In this document: piece by piece, positions 56,581-64,000 of the stretch
How positions within the stretch are numbered: the first letter of the stretch is position 1
Layout of the letters: each line of letters begins with the position of its first letter
IMG/VR virus record: IMGVR_UViG_3300027769_000875
Span: 54,974 to 118,973 of that record
From: a virus
Length of the DNA: 64,000 nt
Direction: 5' to 3' (one strand)
Notes under the pieces: generated by a model
Told to the model about the DNA's origin: nothing
Databases searched by the model: none
What the model saw: only the letters and a program-made list of their open reading frames with translations
Position numbers and translations under genes: made by a program

Positions 56581-56790
56581 ATGCAGAAGATACACTTTGC
56601 TACGAGAGTAATAGCGAAGCTTGTACCTAAATCTGATGCATCTAACGCTTCTAATAATCTTCGTCAGGAGTTAAGCGCACAAATCAATAAGCACAAGGTG
56701 TCTATTGATAGAAGTGTGTTTAAGAAAACTGATGATGAGAAAGTAGAGCTGAAGATTGCTAAGATTAAGTGGAAAGCAAGTCAGAACTAG
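56581..56790 (+). CDS. Small basic hypothetical protein
   Basis: Likely start MQKIHF downstream of the promoter box. Confidence 0.5.
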   Translation: MQKIHFATRVIAKLVPKSDASNASNNLRQELSAQINKHKVSIDRSVFKKTDDEKVELKIAKIKWKASQN

Positions 56791-56948
56791 TTTACTGTTG
56801 TTAAAAAAATCCTACTAAAAAGGTTGGCTGGAGCTTGGATAACCATAAGGCTCTGTTTTTTGTTTGATGTCCTGAGCTAAAGTAGCTCGCTCTCCACTAT
56901 GATAGGGTGTCTTAGGATGCCCTATTATGGTATACTAATTAGTGAACT

Positions 56949-57203
56949 ATGAGCACAAAACTATCTAAAAGAATACCTATGAGTAGTGTATTAGATCAAA
57001 TTAGTAGCAATACATGGATAATTAGATTCACTACATACGATGGTTTAACAGAACATATTGGTGCACAAGACAGAATACGCACTGAAGTTCTTGAAATTGA
57101 TAACATTGATGAAATTCCTCCTGACGTTTTACATACAAACAAAGGTGAAATAGTCAGTGGAGAGTTATTAAGTAATGGCAAGTTTAAATACAATTGGAAA
57201 TGA
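56949..57203 (+). CDS. Hypothetical protein (84 aa)
   Basis: ORF coupled to the next gene. Confidence 0.5.
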   Translation: MSTKLSKRIPMSSVLDQISSNTWIIRFTTYDGLTEHIGAQDRIRTEVLEIDNIDEIPPDVLHTNKGEIVSGELLSNGKFKYNWK

Positions 57204-57490
57204 AAACATTAGCAATTTTTTTATTGGTCCTCATAAGTGGTTCCTGTGCGTCAAGCCAAAAGACTTATAAATCAGATTTTAATGACTATGAAATTAGTTT
57301 CATTAAAAATGTAATCAGAATTGTTGAAGAGAAACCAACCAGTGTTTCAAGAAGATCAACTGATAGCCATATAGTACTAGAATTTCCAACAGAAATTTGG
57401 GTTTTAAGACGTGATGGTTATGTTGATACTGTCTATGAATTACGAGATGGTGAGTGGCATTGTTATGGACCTGAAGAAGACGCATTTTGA
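57200..57490 (+). CDS. Putative lipoprotein
   Basis: MKTLAIFLLVLISGSCASSQK: short signal peptide with a Cys at a lipobox-like position. Confidence 0.55.
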   Translation: MKTLAIFLLVLISGSCASSQKTYKSDFNDYEISFIKNVIRIVEEKPTSVSRRSTDSHIVLEFPTEIWVLRRDGYVDTVYELRDGEWHCYGPEEDAF

Positions 57491-57708
57491 TGAATAGTCT
57501 ATGCACAACATGCTTGTCTACATCAAGCATTACATGTGGCATCTGTATAGATGGGCATGAAGAAGATAGTATCAAAGTGGTACTAGAAGGAACTATTAAA
57601 CCAAATAAAACAAGAACTGTATGGCAATTGACCTCAGAAAACAAAAAAAAGCAGGTAGACCCAAGGGATCTAAAACAAAGATTGAGAAAAATCTGGTACA
57701 ACCTGTAA
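57487..57708 (+). CDS. Small CxxC..CxxC protein
   Basis: CTTC...CGIC; the start overlaps the upstream stop and the 3' end overlaps the next ORF. Confidence 0.35.
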   Translation: MMNSLCTTCLSTSSITCGICIDGHEEDSIKVVLEGTIKPNKTRTVWQLTSENKKKQVDPRDLKQRLRKIWYNL

Positions 57709-58034
57709 ACGAAACAACATTAACAAAAGAAGATTTTGATGTTGCAGTAGAAACAATTAAAAATCTTCAACAACATATTGAGTATTGGAAAGAACTAGCT
57801 GAAATAGCAGGAGAGAATGCAGACAAATGGGTTGACAATTTTGATAATCTTGCAAGACAACAAGAACAATTGCAACATTTTATCAAAACTACTGTATCAC
57901 AACTTAAGAGTGCGTTCAGTAAAGGTGTTGATCTAACAGGACAGATTGCTATTGAAGATGTTAATTATCATTTTGACTTGTTAGTAAGAATGATTGATCA
58001 TAGATTCTTCAAAGAGAACAAAGAAGATAACTAA
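57621..58034 (+). CDS. AT-hook-like coiled-coil protein
   Basis: KKAGRPKGSKTK followed by a coiled-coil. Confidence 0.6.
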   Translation: MAIDLRKQKKAGRPKGSKTKIEKNLVQPVNETTLTKEDFDVAVETIKNLQQHIEYWKELAEIAGENADKWVDNFDNLARQQEQLQHFIKTTVSQLKSAFSKGVDLTGQIAIEDVNYHFDLLVRMIDHRFFKENKEDN

Positions 58035-58064
58035 GATTTTTGCAGTGGTTGTAAAAACCATGAG

Positions 58065-58100
58065 ATGGGCGTGTACATTGTCGTATACGCCCATTTTTTT
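58065..58100 (+). terminator. Intrinsic terminator
   Basis: ATGGGCGTGTAC...GTATACGCCCAT hairpin followed by a T-run. Confidence 0.8.
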
Positions 58101-58131
58101 GGATTATTGTTAAACTTTTAATTTTTTAAAT

Positions 58132-58308
58132 ATGCGTAAACTAGAATTAACTATCGCGATTGTAATGCTTATTTGCACAATTGGCTCTCTTGTGAGTCTT
58201 TTCTTCTGTACTGAAGACTTTGAAATGATGATGACAACTATTGCGTTCATCTTTTCAGGAGCAGTAGGAGTATTGGCATTAGGTTCATACAATACAAGTA
58301 AATACTAA
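58132..58308 (+). CDS. Small two-TM membrane protein (58 aa)
   Basis: MRKLELTIAIVMLICTIGSLVSLFF...TTIAFIFSGAVGVLALGSY; below the track cutoff. Confidence 0.55.
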   Translation: MRKLELTIAIVMLICTIGSLVSLFFCTEDFEMMMTTIAFIFSGAVGVLALGSYNTSKY

Positions 58309-58326
58309 CTTTTAAATCTTAGAAAC

Positions 58327-58596
58327 ATGAGTTTAAATAGTAGAATTTTAGAGCTTAGAGAAAAGCGTGACTATTATCAAATGGAACTTGAGGATTTGCA
58401 TATGTCAGAGCCAAGTGAAAGTTGGTACAAACATCGTAGGTATGAACTTGAGTCTCAAATTGCAATGATTGAAGATGCATTGTTTGATTTAGAAAATGAG
58501 CAACGTATGATGCGTCCATTTTTCTGGACAACTGTAGCATTTGTAATTACAGTATGTGGGATAATGGTGTATTACTATGTAAAAACTAATATGTAA
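58327..58596 (+). CDS. Coiled-coil protein with a C-terminal TM anchor
   Basis: Coiled-coil followed by FFWTTVAFVITVCGIMVYYYV. Confidence 0.6.
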   Translation: MSLNSRILELREKRDYYQMELEDLHMSEPSESWYKHRRYELESQIAMIEDALFDLENEQRMMRPFFWTTVAFVITVCGIMVYYYVKTNM

Positions 58597-58600
58597 CGCT

Positions 58601-58840
58601 ATGAGAAATGACAACACCCTTATAACGTCAGTGTTAGGTTTTGATTTCAATTCACGTGTTACCTATGTTGACGAGAATGGCCAAGAAAAAGAACTTTGCA
58701 AAGGATGTAAAAGCATTCCATACACTGGTAATGAACAACCAAGAGTAGGAACAATGCTCGCATCTTATAACAGTTTTTTTACAAACTTCAATGACAAGTT
58801 GCTGAATAAGATCAGAGATTACAAATCTAAAAACTTGTAG
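58601..58840 (+). CDS. Hypothetical protein (79 aa)
   Basis: Tightly spaced ORF in the early operon. Confidence 0.55.
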   Translation: MRNDNTLITSVLGFDFNSRVTYVDENGQEKELCKGCKSIPYTGNEQPRVGTMLASYNSFFTNFNDKLLNKIRDYKSKNL

Positions 58841-58842
58841 TT

Positions 58843-59127
58843 ATGGGACGTATGAAAGAACTGTTTATGGAAATGCAAGAAAGAGATCTTTATGACATGG
58901 CATTACATGAGTATTTAGCAATGAGAAATCATGAAAGAGCTATGCAGGAACCTGAACCTCATCCAGAAGACGAGATGGGTGATGAATATTGGCAAGAAAA
59001 GGCAAATTTGCAAGAGATGTACGAGAAGGACATTGAGAATGAAATACACCGCGAAGCTGAACTGCCAAGAAACAAGAGAATTCCTCCATGTGCTGGTCAT
59101 GATTTTCAAAAACAAGAAGAAGAATGA
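58843..59127 (+). CDS. Hypothetical acidic protein (94 aa)
   Basis: MGRMKELFMEMQE start; coupled to its neighbours. Confidence 0.55.
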   Translation: MGRMKELFMEMQERDLYDMALHEYLAMRNHERAMQEPEPHPEDEMGDEYWQEKANLQEMYEKDIENEIHREAELPRNKRIPPCAGHDFQKQEEE

Positions 59128-59333
59128 CTATTATTTATTTGATTATCACTCTATTGTATGTGTTCAACGCACATATGATTTACAATTACTCTAGAGATAC
59201 AGGTGTATTTGCTGTAATAGATTTAATACATCTTATCTTTAGTCCATTTACAATTTTTAACGTGGTGGTTCTTAAACTATTATCACACGTTTTACCTCTT
59301 GACTATCCTTTATGGACAAGAGATCATGACTAA
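59124..59333 (+). CDS. Small membrane protein (69 aa)
   Basis: Two hydrophobic segments; ATGA overlap. Confidence 0.55.
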   Translation: MTIIYLIITLLYVFNAHMIYNYSRDTGVFAVIDLIHLIFSPFTIFNVVVLKLLSHVLPLDYPLWTRDHD

Positions 59334-59378
59334 AATGACGCACAGCGTTTTATTATTAACCCTTTTTTATTTTTTATT

Positions 59379-59906
59379 ATGCAGAAATATGCATCAATTA
59401 CAGCCACAGCGCAAGGTTATGTCACCTATGATTCAAATGGTAAAGCCAGAATGGAAAGGTATGACAAACTAGCGCAAAACAAGATTACTCAATCTAATAG
59501 AGTTAAAGTAACTCAAGATGAAATTGAGAAGATTCACCTCAACATGGTACAGCGTAACATGTATCGTAGACTTATGTATGGTCTAAAAGAGTATTCACCT
59601 GAACAAATTGCAAGTTTTTCTCCTAATACACTTAGTAGAATCGTTGCAGACTACAAGAAAGCAAAGCAGTATTTGCATATTCTTAAAGCAAAGAAGTTGT
59701 TTGGACCTGAGACAATGATCATCAATGCACTTTTTCCTCACGCAAAGATTGGTGAGAAAGACTTTGACTGGTTTGTTGATTTGCCAAAATCAGCAACTTT
59801 ACGTAATTTAGGTATAGGTACAAAAGATGTCATTGACGAGTTTGTCAGACGTAAGTTATTACCAAAGAATTTCTTAAGTTTAGAAACAGAAATACAATTA
59901 CCATGA
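59379..59906 (+). CDS. Hypothetical protein (175 aa)
   Basis: Clean ORF coupled to the next gene. Confidence 0.65.
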   Translation: MQKYASITATAQGYVTYDSNGKARMERYDKLAQNKITQSNRVKVTQDEIEKIHLNMVQRNMYRRLMYGLKEYSPEQIASFSPNTLSRIVADYKKAKQYLHILKAKKLFGPETMIINALFPHAKIGEKDFDWFVDLPKSATLRNLGIGTKDVIDEFVRRKLLPKNFLSLETEIQLP

Positions 59907-60211
59907 GTGAAGACAAGAACAACTACAAGGGTTTGAGCAATGAAGAAATCATTATGATTTACTATCGTTTTGATAAATACTTGACAGGAATGAACGCTAA
60001 TCTTGATAAGAACATGATTAGCAAAAACGTTGATACACCATTTGGAAATGGCATAGCAATGATTAGCGTTCCTCCTGCGCATGTAGACAAGTTCAAACAA
60101 ACACAGTACTATGAGCTGTTAAATTCCATAGTGGTTAAGCTAAAACCAATTGTAGAGTTGCTAGAAGATTGCGACCCTGTGATGAAAGAGTTAGCTGAAG
60201 AAGTTAAATAA
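59903..60211 (+). CDS. Hypothetical protein (102 aa)
   Basis: ATGA overlap with the upstream gene. Confidence 0.6.
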   Translation: MSEDKNNYKGLSNEEIIMIYYRFDKYLTGMNANLDKNMISKNVDTPFGNGIAMISVPPAHVDKFKQTQYYELLNSIVVKLKPIVELLEDCDPVMKELAEEVK

Positions 60212-60224
60212 TTAAATTGTGCAT

Positions 60225-60737
60225 ATGGCAAAAAATGATTCAATGCTTGTAGACTTACGTAAGTTCTTTGAAGAAGAAAATGTAAGTAAAAACTATTTCT
60301 CACACATGGTAGTAGCTATGGAAGTGAGTGAAAATGGCACACCAATAGGTGCTGCTGTTAAAATGAAATGTTCTCCTATTCTAGCTCTTGGTATTATAGA
60401 CTTGTTACATGATAAGCTCAGTGAAGCGCGTGATCAAGTTCTTGAAGAACTCAAAGAGTATGAGAATGAGAATATGTCTGTGGAATCTGACAGATCTAGT
60501 GGTTTAGCAGGTAATTTTGAGCAAGTAATCAAAAGTGCTTTATCATCTATATCTGATGAAGACAAAGCATTTTTTGCAGACTGTCAAAAACGTGCAATGG
60601 AAGCTATAATGAACAGCAATGAAGATGAATTAAAATCTATTGTTGAGCAAATGCGTGCATACGTTGCAAACAAAACTAAAAAGGATGATTCATCTGAAGA
60701 TGGATTTGATCTTAATGATTTCAAAGGAGGATTCTGA
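60225..60737 (+). CDS. Hypothetical acidic protein
   Basis: Likely start MAKNDS; acidic C-terminal tail. Confidence 0.6.
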   Translation: MAKNDSMLVDLRKFFEEENVSKNYFSHMVVAMEVSENGTPIGAAVKMKCSPILALGIIDLLHDKLSEARDQVLEELKEYENENMSVESDRSSGLAGNFEQVIKSALSSISDEDKAFFADCQKRAMEAIMNSNEDELKSIVEQMRAYVANKTKKDDSSEDGFDLNDFKGGF

Positions 60738-60823
60738 CAATCCAATTAACTCTTAAGAGTATTTTGACAATTTACAGCAAAGTGCTGTACTGAATTTTTA
60801 TTAATCTTTTTTATACGAAGACA

Positions 60824-62113
60824 ATGATCCTATTGCAAACACGAATTGAGGGTACAAGTTACCAATTAACAACATTGCCTGGTCAGGCATTTGAGAAAAA
60901 ACTTACAAGAAGCATTGATGACCTGAAGATTACAGGTCCTATTGCTGAATTTGCTAAGTTTCCACTTGGAACAGTGTTTGTCGCTGACAAATATGAGTTT
61001 CCAGAAGATGACCATTTACACATTGTCTCTGATACAGTCACAGGACTGTTCTTCAATGGCAGCGTGTTTCCTATCTCTGCGCTTGGCGAAGAGAAAATTC
61101 AAGAAGTATGTGACTTCACTATTGACTATATGATTGATAGTGGACGTTATGACTTGGAGAAAGAAGTTCAACCACTCGCTACACAATTTGCTTCATATGG
61201 TTATACATATGATTGGGATGCCAAAGTTGCTCCTAAACCAATGGAAGAAGGTTCTATACCTGCAGGTACAAATATCAAGCGTACTATTGCTGCGCATTAT
61301 CCAGTGCCAAAACGTGAGGATTGTGGGTTCCACATTGATCCAGACATTTGGTTCTTGATGGTGCGTAATGTATTGCGTGGAGAGAATACTTTGTTAGTAG
61401 GACCAACAGGTTCAGGTAAGACAGAGATTCTAGTCCATTTGGCTAAAGCTATGGGTAAAGAATTGTACACTCAAGATATGGGTACTGTACAAGATGCTCA
61501 GTCTGCTTTGCTAGGTGTTCACCGCATCAACAAAGAAGGCCACTCAGCGTTTGATTATGCTCCTTTTGTAGGACATATCAAGTCTGGTGGTATTGTGTTG
61601 TTAGATGAGCTGAATCGTGCTCCATTGGCTGCTAATAACATCTTGTTCCCTTGTTTGGATAAGAGACGTTATTTGCCAGTTGATGTAGCATGTGATGAAG
61701 GAGACAGAATGGTTCCAGTAGCTGAAGGAACTGTTTTCTTTGCAACTGCTAACCTTGGTTCTGAGTATTCTGGTACTCAAGCGATAGATAGAGCGCTCTT
61801 AGACCGCTTCTTTCCTATTGAGCTTGATTATCCAAGACTTGAGGATGAGGTTAAAATCTTGATGTTACGTACTGGTGTTGATGAAAAAGTTGCAACAGCA
61901 ATCGTTAAAGTATCCAATGAGATACGCAAGCAGTACAAAGAGCAGGAATTATCTTCTGCGATTTCAGTTCGTCACACACTTCAGGCAGCAAGTTTGGTGT
62001 CTGATGGGTTTGAAGTAGACAAAGCATTGCTTTCTACTATTATGCCATTGTTTGAAGATGGTATAGGCGTTTCTGAACGTAGTAAGGTACTTTCCATAGT
62101 ATCTGCGTTCTAA
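60824..62113 (+). CDS. MoxR/CbbQ/NorQ-type AAA+ ATPase
   Basis: Walker A GPTGSGKT, Walker B VLLDELNR, FFATAN and DRALLDRF. Confidence 0.9.
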   Translation: MILLQTRIEGTSYQLTTLPGQAFEKKLTRSIDDLKITGPIAEFAKFPLGTVFVADKYEFPEDDHLHIVSDTVTGLFFNGSVFPISALGEEKIQEVCDFTIDYMIDSGRYDLEKEVQPLATQFASYGYTYDWDAKVAPKPMEEGSIPAGTNIKRTIAAHYPVPKREDCGFHIDPDIWFLMVRNVLRGENTLLVGPTGSGKTEILVHLAKAMGKELYTQDMGTVQDAQSALLGVHRINKEGHSAFDYAPFVGHIKSGGIVLLDELNRAPLAANNILFPCLDKRRYLPVDVACDEGDRMVPVAEGTVFFATANLGSEYSGTQAIDRALLDRFFPIELDYPRLEDEVKILMLRTGVDEKVATAIVKVSNEIRKQYKEQELSSAISVRHTLQAASLVSDGFEVDKALLSTIMPLFEDGIGVSERSKVLSIVSAF

Positions 62114-62151
62114 AGAAATGCTGTAGTAGGATCAGCAATGTAGAAAACAAC

Positions 62152-62186
62152 GAGAGAGTGTCATTCGTGATGCTCTCTCTTTTCTA
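62152..62186 (+). terminator. Hairpin/terminator between the AAA and VWA genes
   Basis: GAGAGAGTGTCA-TTCG-TGATGCTCTCTC followed by TTTTCT. Confidence 0.6.
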
Positions 62187-62205
62187 TTCATTTAATTTAG
62201 AACAT

Positions 62206-64000
62206 ATGAGCAAAAACTTTGCTAAAGATTGGTTTGGTAGGAGAAAAGAAGAAGCCTACACATACACAGACAACAGAAATAGATTCTTCAATTGGGACAG
62301 TGGAAGAAGTAATTATTCTTCTTTCTTTACACGCTCTAATGATAGTTTACAGACATCTGCAAAGATGATTGGTTCTATGTTTAGAGTTATTGGAGTTCCC
62401 AAAACATTTGACTATAAAGCACAAGACCCTAAGAAGAACACAGAAATCCAGATTCCAATTCACATGTTGAAGGATGAAGATGGTAAGTATCGTGAACCAG
62501 ATCCAGAGATTCTTGATGCATTTTATGGCGCTGCTATACAAAATGCTGCGCTTGCATCTATGCAGACAACTAGCGAGTATGGTAAATCTATCACATGTAG
62601 AAATATAACCAGAAGTGGATTTTCTCTTAAAGATTATATGTTTAGTATTCTTAATACAGAACGTATTGATAAGAAACTTGCCAATAGACTTCCTGGTTAT
62701 CTAAAGTTTGTGCAGAAATACAAGGATCATGTTTATGATAAAAATTATGAACCTATTGGTCCTGAAGAAAAAGCACAAAAGCGTTTGCTTGACCTCATCA
62801 CAAGAATGTTGAGATATCCAGCTAATGTGACTGAAGAAGAGCTTTCTGAGTTTGATAAGCCACTTAAACAGATTGAAAGACTTCTTAAGAAACATGGAGG
62901 TATACCTTCAACATCTGAAGATTGTTCATCCATGGCTTCTAGTCTTGCTAATATCGTATACAAATACGTAGAAGAGGAAGAAGAGAAACCAAAAGGTGGC
63001 GGTGGAAGTGATGATGATGAAGATGGAGGAGAAGATGAACCAAGCACTGGTTCTTCGCCATCAACTCCTGGAATGAGTAAATCTGAAGTTAATGACTTTG
63101 CAAAAGAAATGATGGGTAATGCATTTGGTGAAGATGAATCTGATGAGTCAGACTCTGAACAAATGAGTGCTTTCAATGACTTTGTGGATGATATGACAAC
63201 TGATGGCACTACAAACAATTCCAAAATAGATTACAGTGATGAAGGCATTGCTACAGATGGTGACGTTAAGTTTATCAAATCTCATAGCAATAAAGGAACA
63301 TATACTGCAAATCTTAAAAGAATTGATGTAACTAAAGCTGCTGTACTTCAGAAGTTATTTCAACGTAAGAGTAAGGATTATCAGTTTGCAATGCGTTCTA
63401 TGCGTTCAGGTAGATTGGATACTAATAAGATTGCAGAAGCAGTTCAAAGAGTACCAACTGTATATGAGCGCTATGGTACTGTAAAGACTGATAGAATCTG
63501 CGTTGGTGTTCTTATTGATGAGTCTGGTTCTATGTGTGGTACTAAAATCCAGAAAGCACGTGAAGCTGCTATCTTTATTAACGAAGTTTTTAGAGGTATG
63601 CGTGACGTAGAGCTTTTTATGTATGGTCATACTGCTGATGAAGGTGGTTATAGTAGTACACAAATCAGAATCTATCGCGAACCTGGATTTCATATGGATC
63701 CTTATGCATTAGGTGCTGTTGAAGCAAGAAGTAACAACCGTGATGGTGATGCTATCATTGCTACTGCAAAACGTATCAGAAAACTTACAGAAAACCAAGG
63801 TATTTTGTTTGTTATATCTGATGGTCAGCCTTCTGCGTATGATTATAATGGCAGTGAAGCTATTAGAGATACACGTGAAAAGGTAAGTAAAGCACAAAAT
63901 CTTGGATTCCAAGTGATTCAGATTGCTATTGAGGAGTCTGTTCCTTCCAAAGAGATGTTTGATTACTATATTAAGATGACAGATATTAAAAATCTGCCAC
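62206..64000 (+). CDS. VWA (CobT/NorD-like) partner of the MoxR ATPase, truncated by the window end
   Basis: Absent from the track because it has no stop in the window. Starts MSKNFAKDWF. In-frame MIDAS motif VLIDESGSM near 63505-63534, then RDGDAI and VISDGQP, with an acidic linker. Confidence 0.85.
   Translation, partial: MSKNFAKDWFGRRKEEAYTYTDNRNRFFNWDSGRSNYSSFFTRSNDSLQTSAKMIGSMFRVIGVPKTFDYKAQDPKKNTEIQIPIHMLKDEDGKYREPDPEILDAFYGAAIQNAALASMQTTSEYGKSITCRNITRSGFSLKDYMFSILNTERIDKKLANRLPGYLKFVQKYKDHVYDKNYEPIGPEEKAQKRLLDLITRMLRYPANVTEEELSEFDKPLKQIERLLKKHGGIPSTSEDCSSMASSLANIVYKYVEEEEEKPKGGGGSDDDEDGGEDEPSTGSSPSTPGMSKSEVNDFAKEMMGNAFGEDESDESDSEQMSAFNDFVDDMTTDGTTNNSKIDYSDEGIATDGDVKFIKSHSNKGTYTANLKRIDVTKAAVLQKLFQRKSKDYQFAMRSMRSGRLDTNKIAEAVQRVPTVYERYGTVKTDRICVGVLIDESGSMCGTKIQKAREAAIFINEVFRGMRDVELFMYGHTADEGGYSSTQIRIYREPGFHMDPYALGAVEARSNNRDGDAIIATAKRIRKLTENQGILFVISDGQPSAYDYNGSEAIRDTREKVSKAQNLGFQVIQIAIEESVPSKEMFDYYIKMTDIKNLP

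Noticed and set aside
62347-63912. Minus-strand ORFs at the window end
   Set aside because: They are antisense shadows of the + strand VWA gene starting at 62206.
1-64000. Stop-codon reassignment (TAG or TGA), known in some crAss-like phages
   Set aside because: Structural genes up to 1948 aa are intact in the standard code, and TAA, TAG and TGA all occur as stops at tight gene junctions.

Overview
This window is a ~64 kb segment of a large AT-rich dsDNA phage genome with the gene order of a crAss-like phage (Crassvirales). The host is probably an environmental Bacteroidota (TAnnTTTG promoter boxes, A/T-rich start regions, a Fib_succ_major domain). The standard genetic code reads through, with no sign of stop-codon reassignment. 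Bases 1-51.15 kb are a minus-strand late/virion module. In transcription order it holds GroES, an Acb2/Tad1-like protein, HU-like proteins, a PD-(D/E)XK nuclease, large terminase, portal, scaffold, major capsid, adaptor/ring proteins, a Dps-like protein, Cys-rich fibre proteins, muzzle/tail-stabiliser, and six large putative ejected cargo proteins, the last running off the window. From 51.2 kb the + strand carries early-type genes: a PRTase-like gene, a paralogous pair each preceded by a TACGTCACCCCCCA-type motif, many small ORFs and a MoxR AAA+/VWA pair. Four things stand out. (1) A ~1.35 kb stretch with no credible ORF (54.56-55.9 kb) folds into two tandem, pseudoknot-rich large RNAs, one GOLLD-like and one unassigned. 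(2) Four consecutive cargo proteins are built from small modules delimited by a recurring [K/R]-[Y/F]-x(0-2)-GG signal. (3) One of them is a polyvalent effector with ADP-ribosyltransferase-like, ParB/Srx-like and zincin domains. (4) There are distinct candidate early and late promoter motifs. All homology calls come from motif recognition by eye, not database searches.
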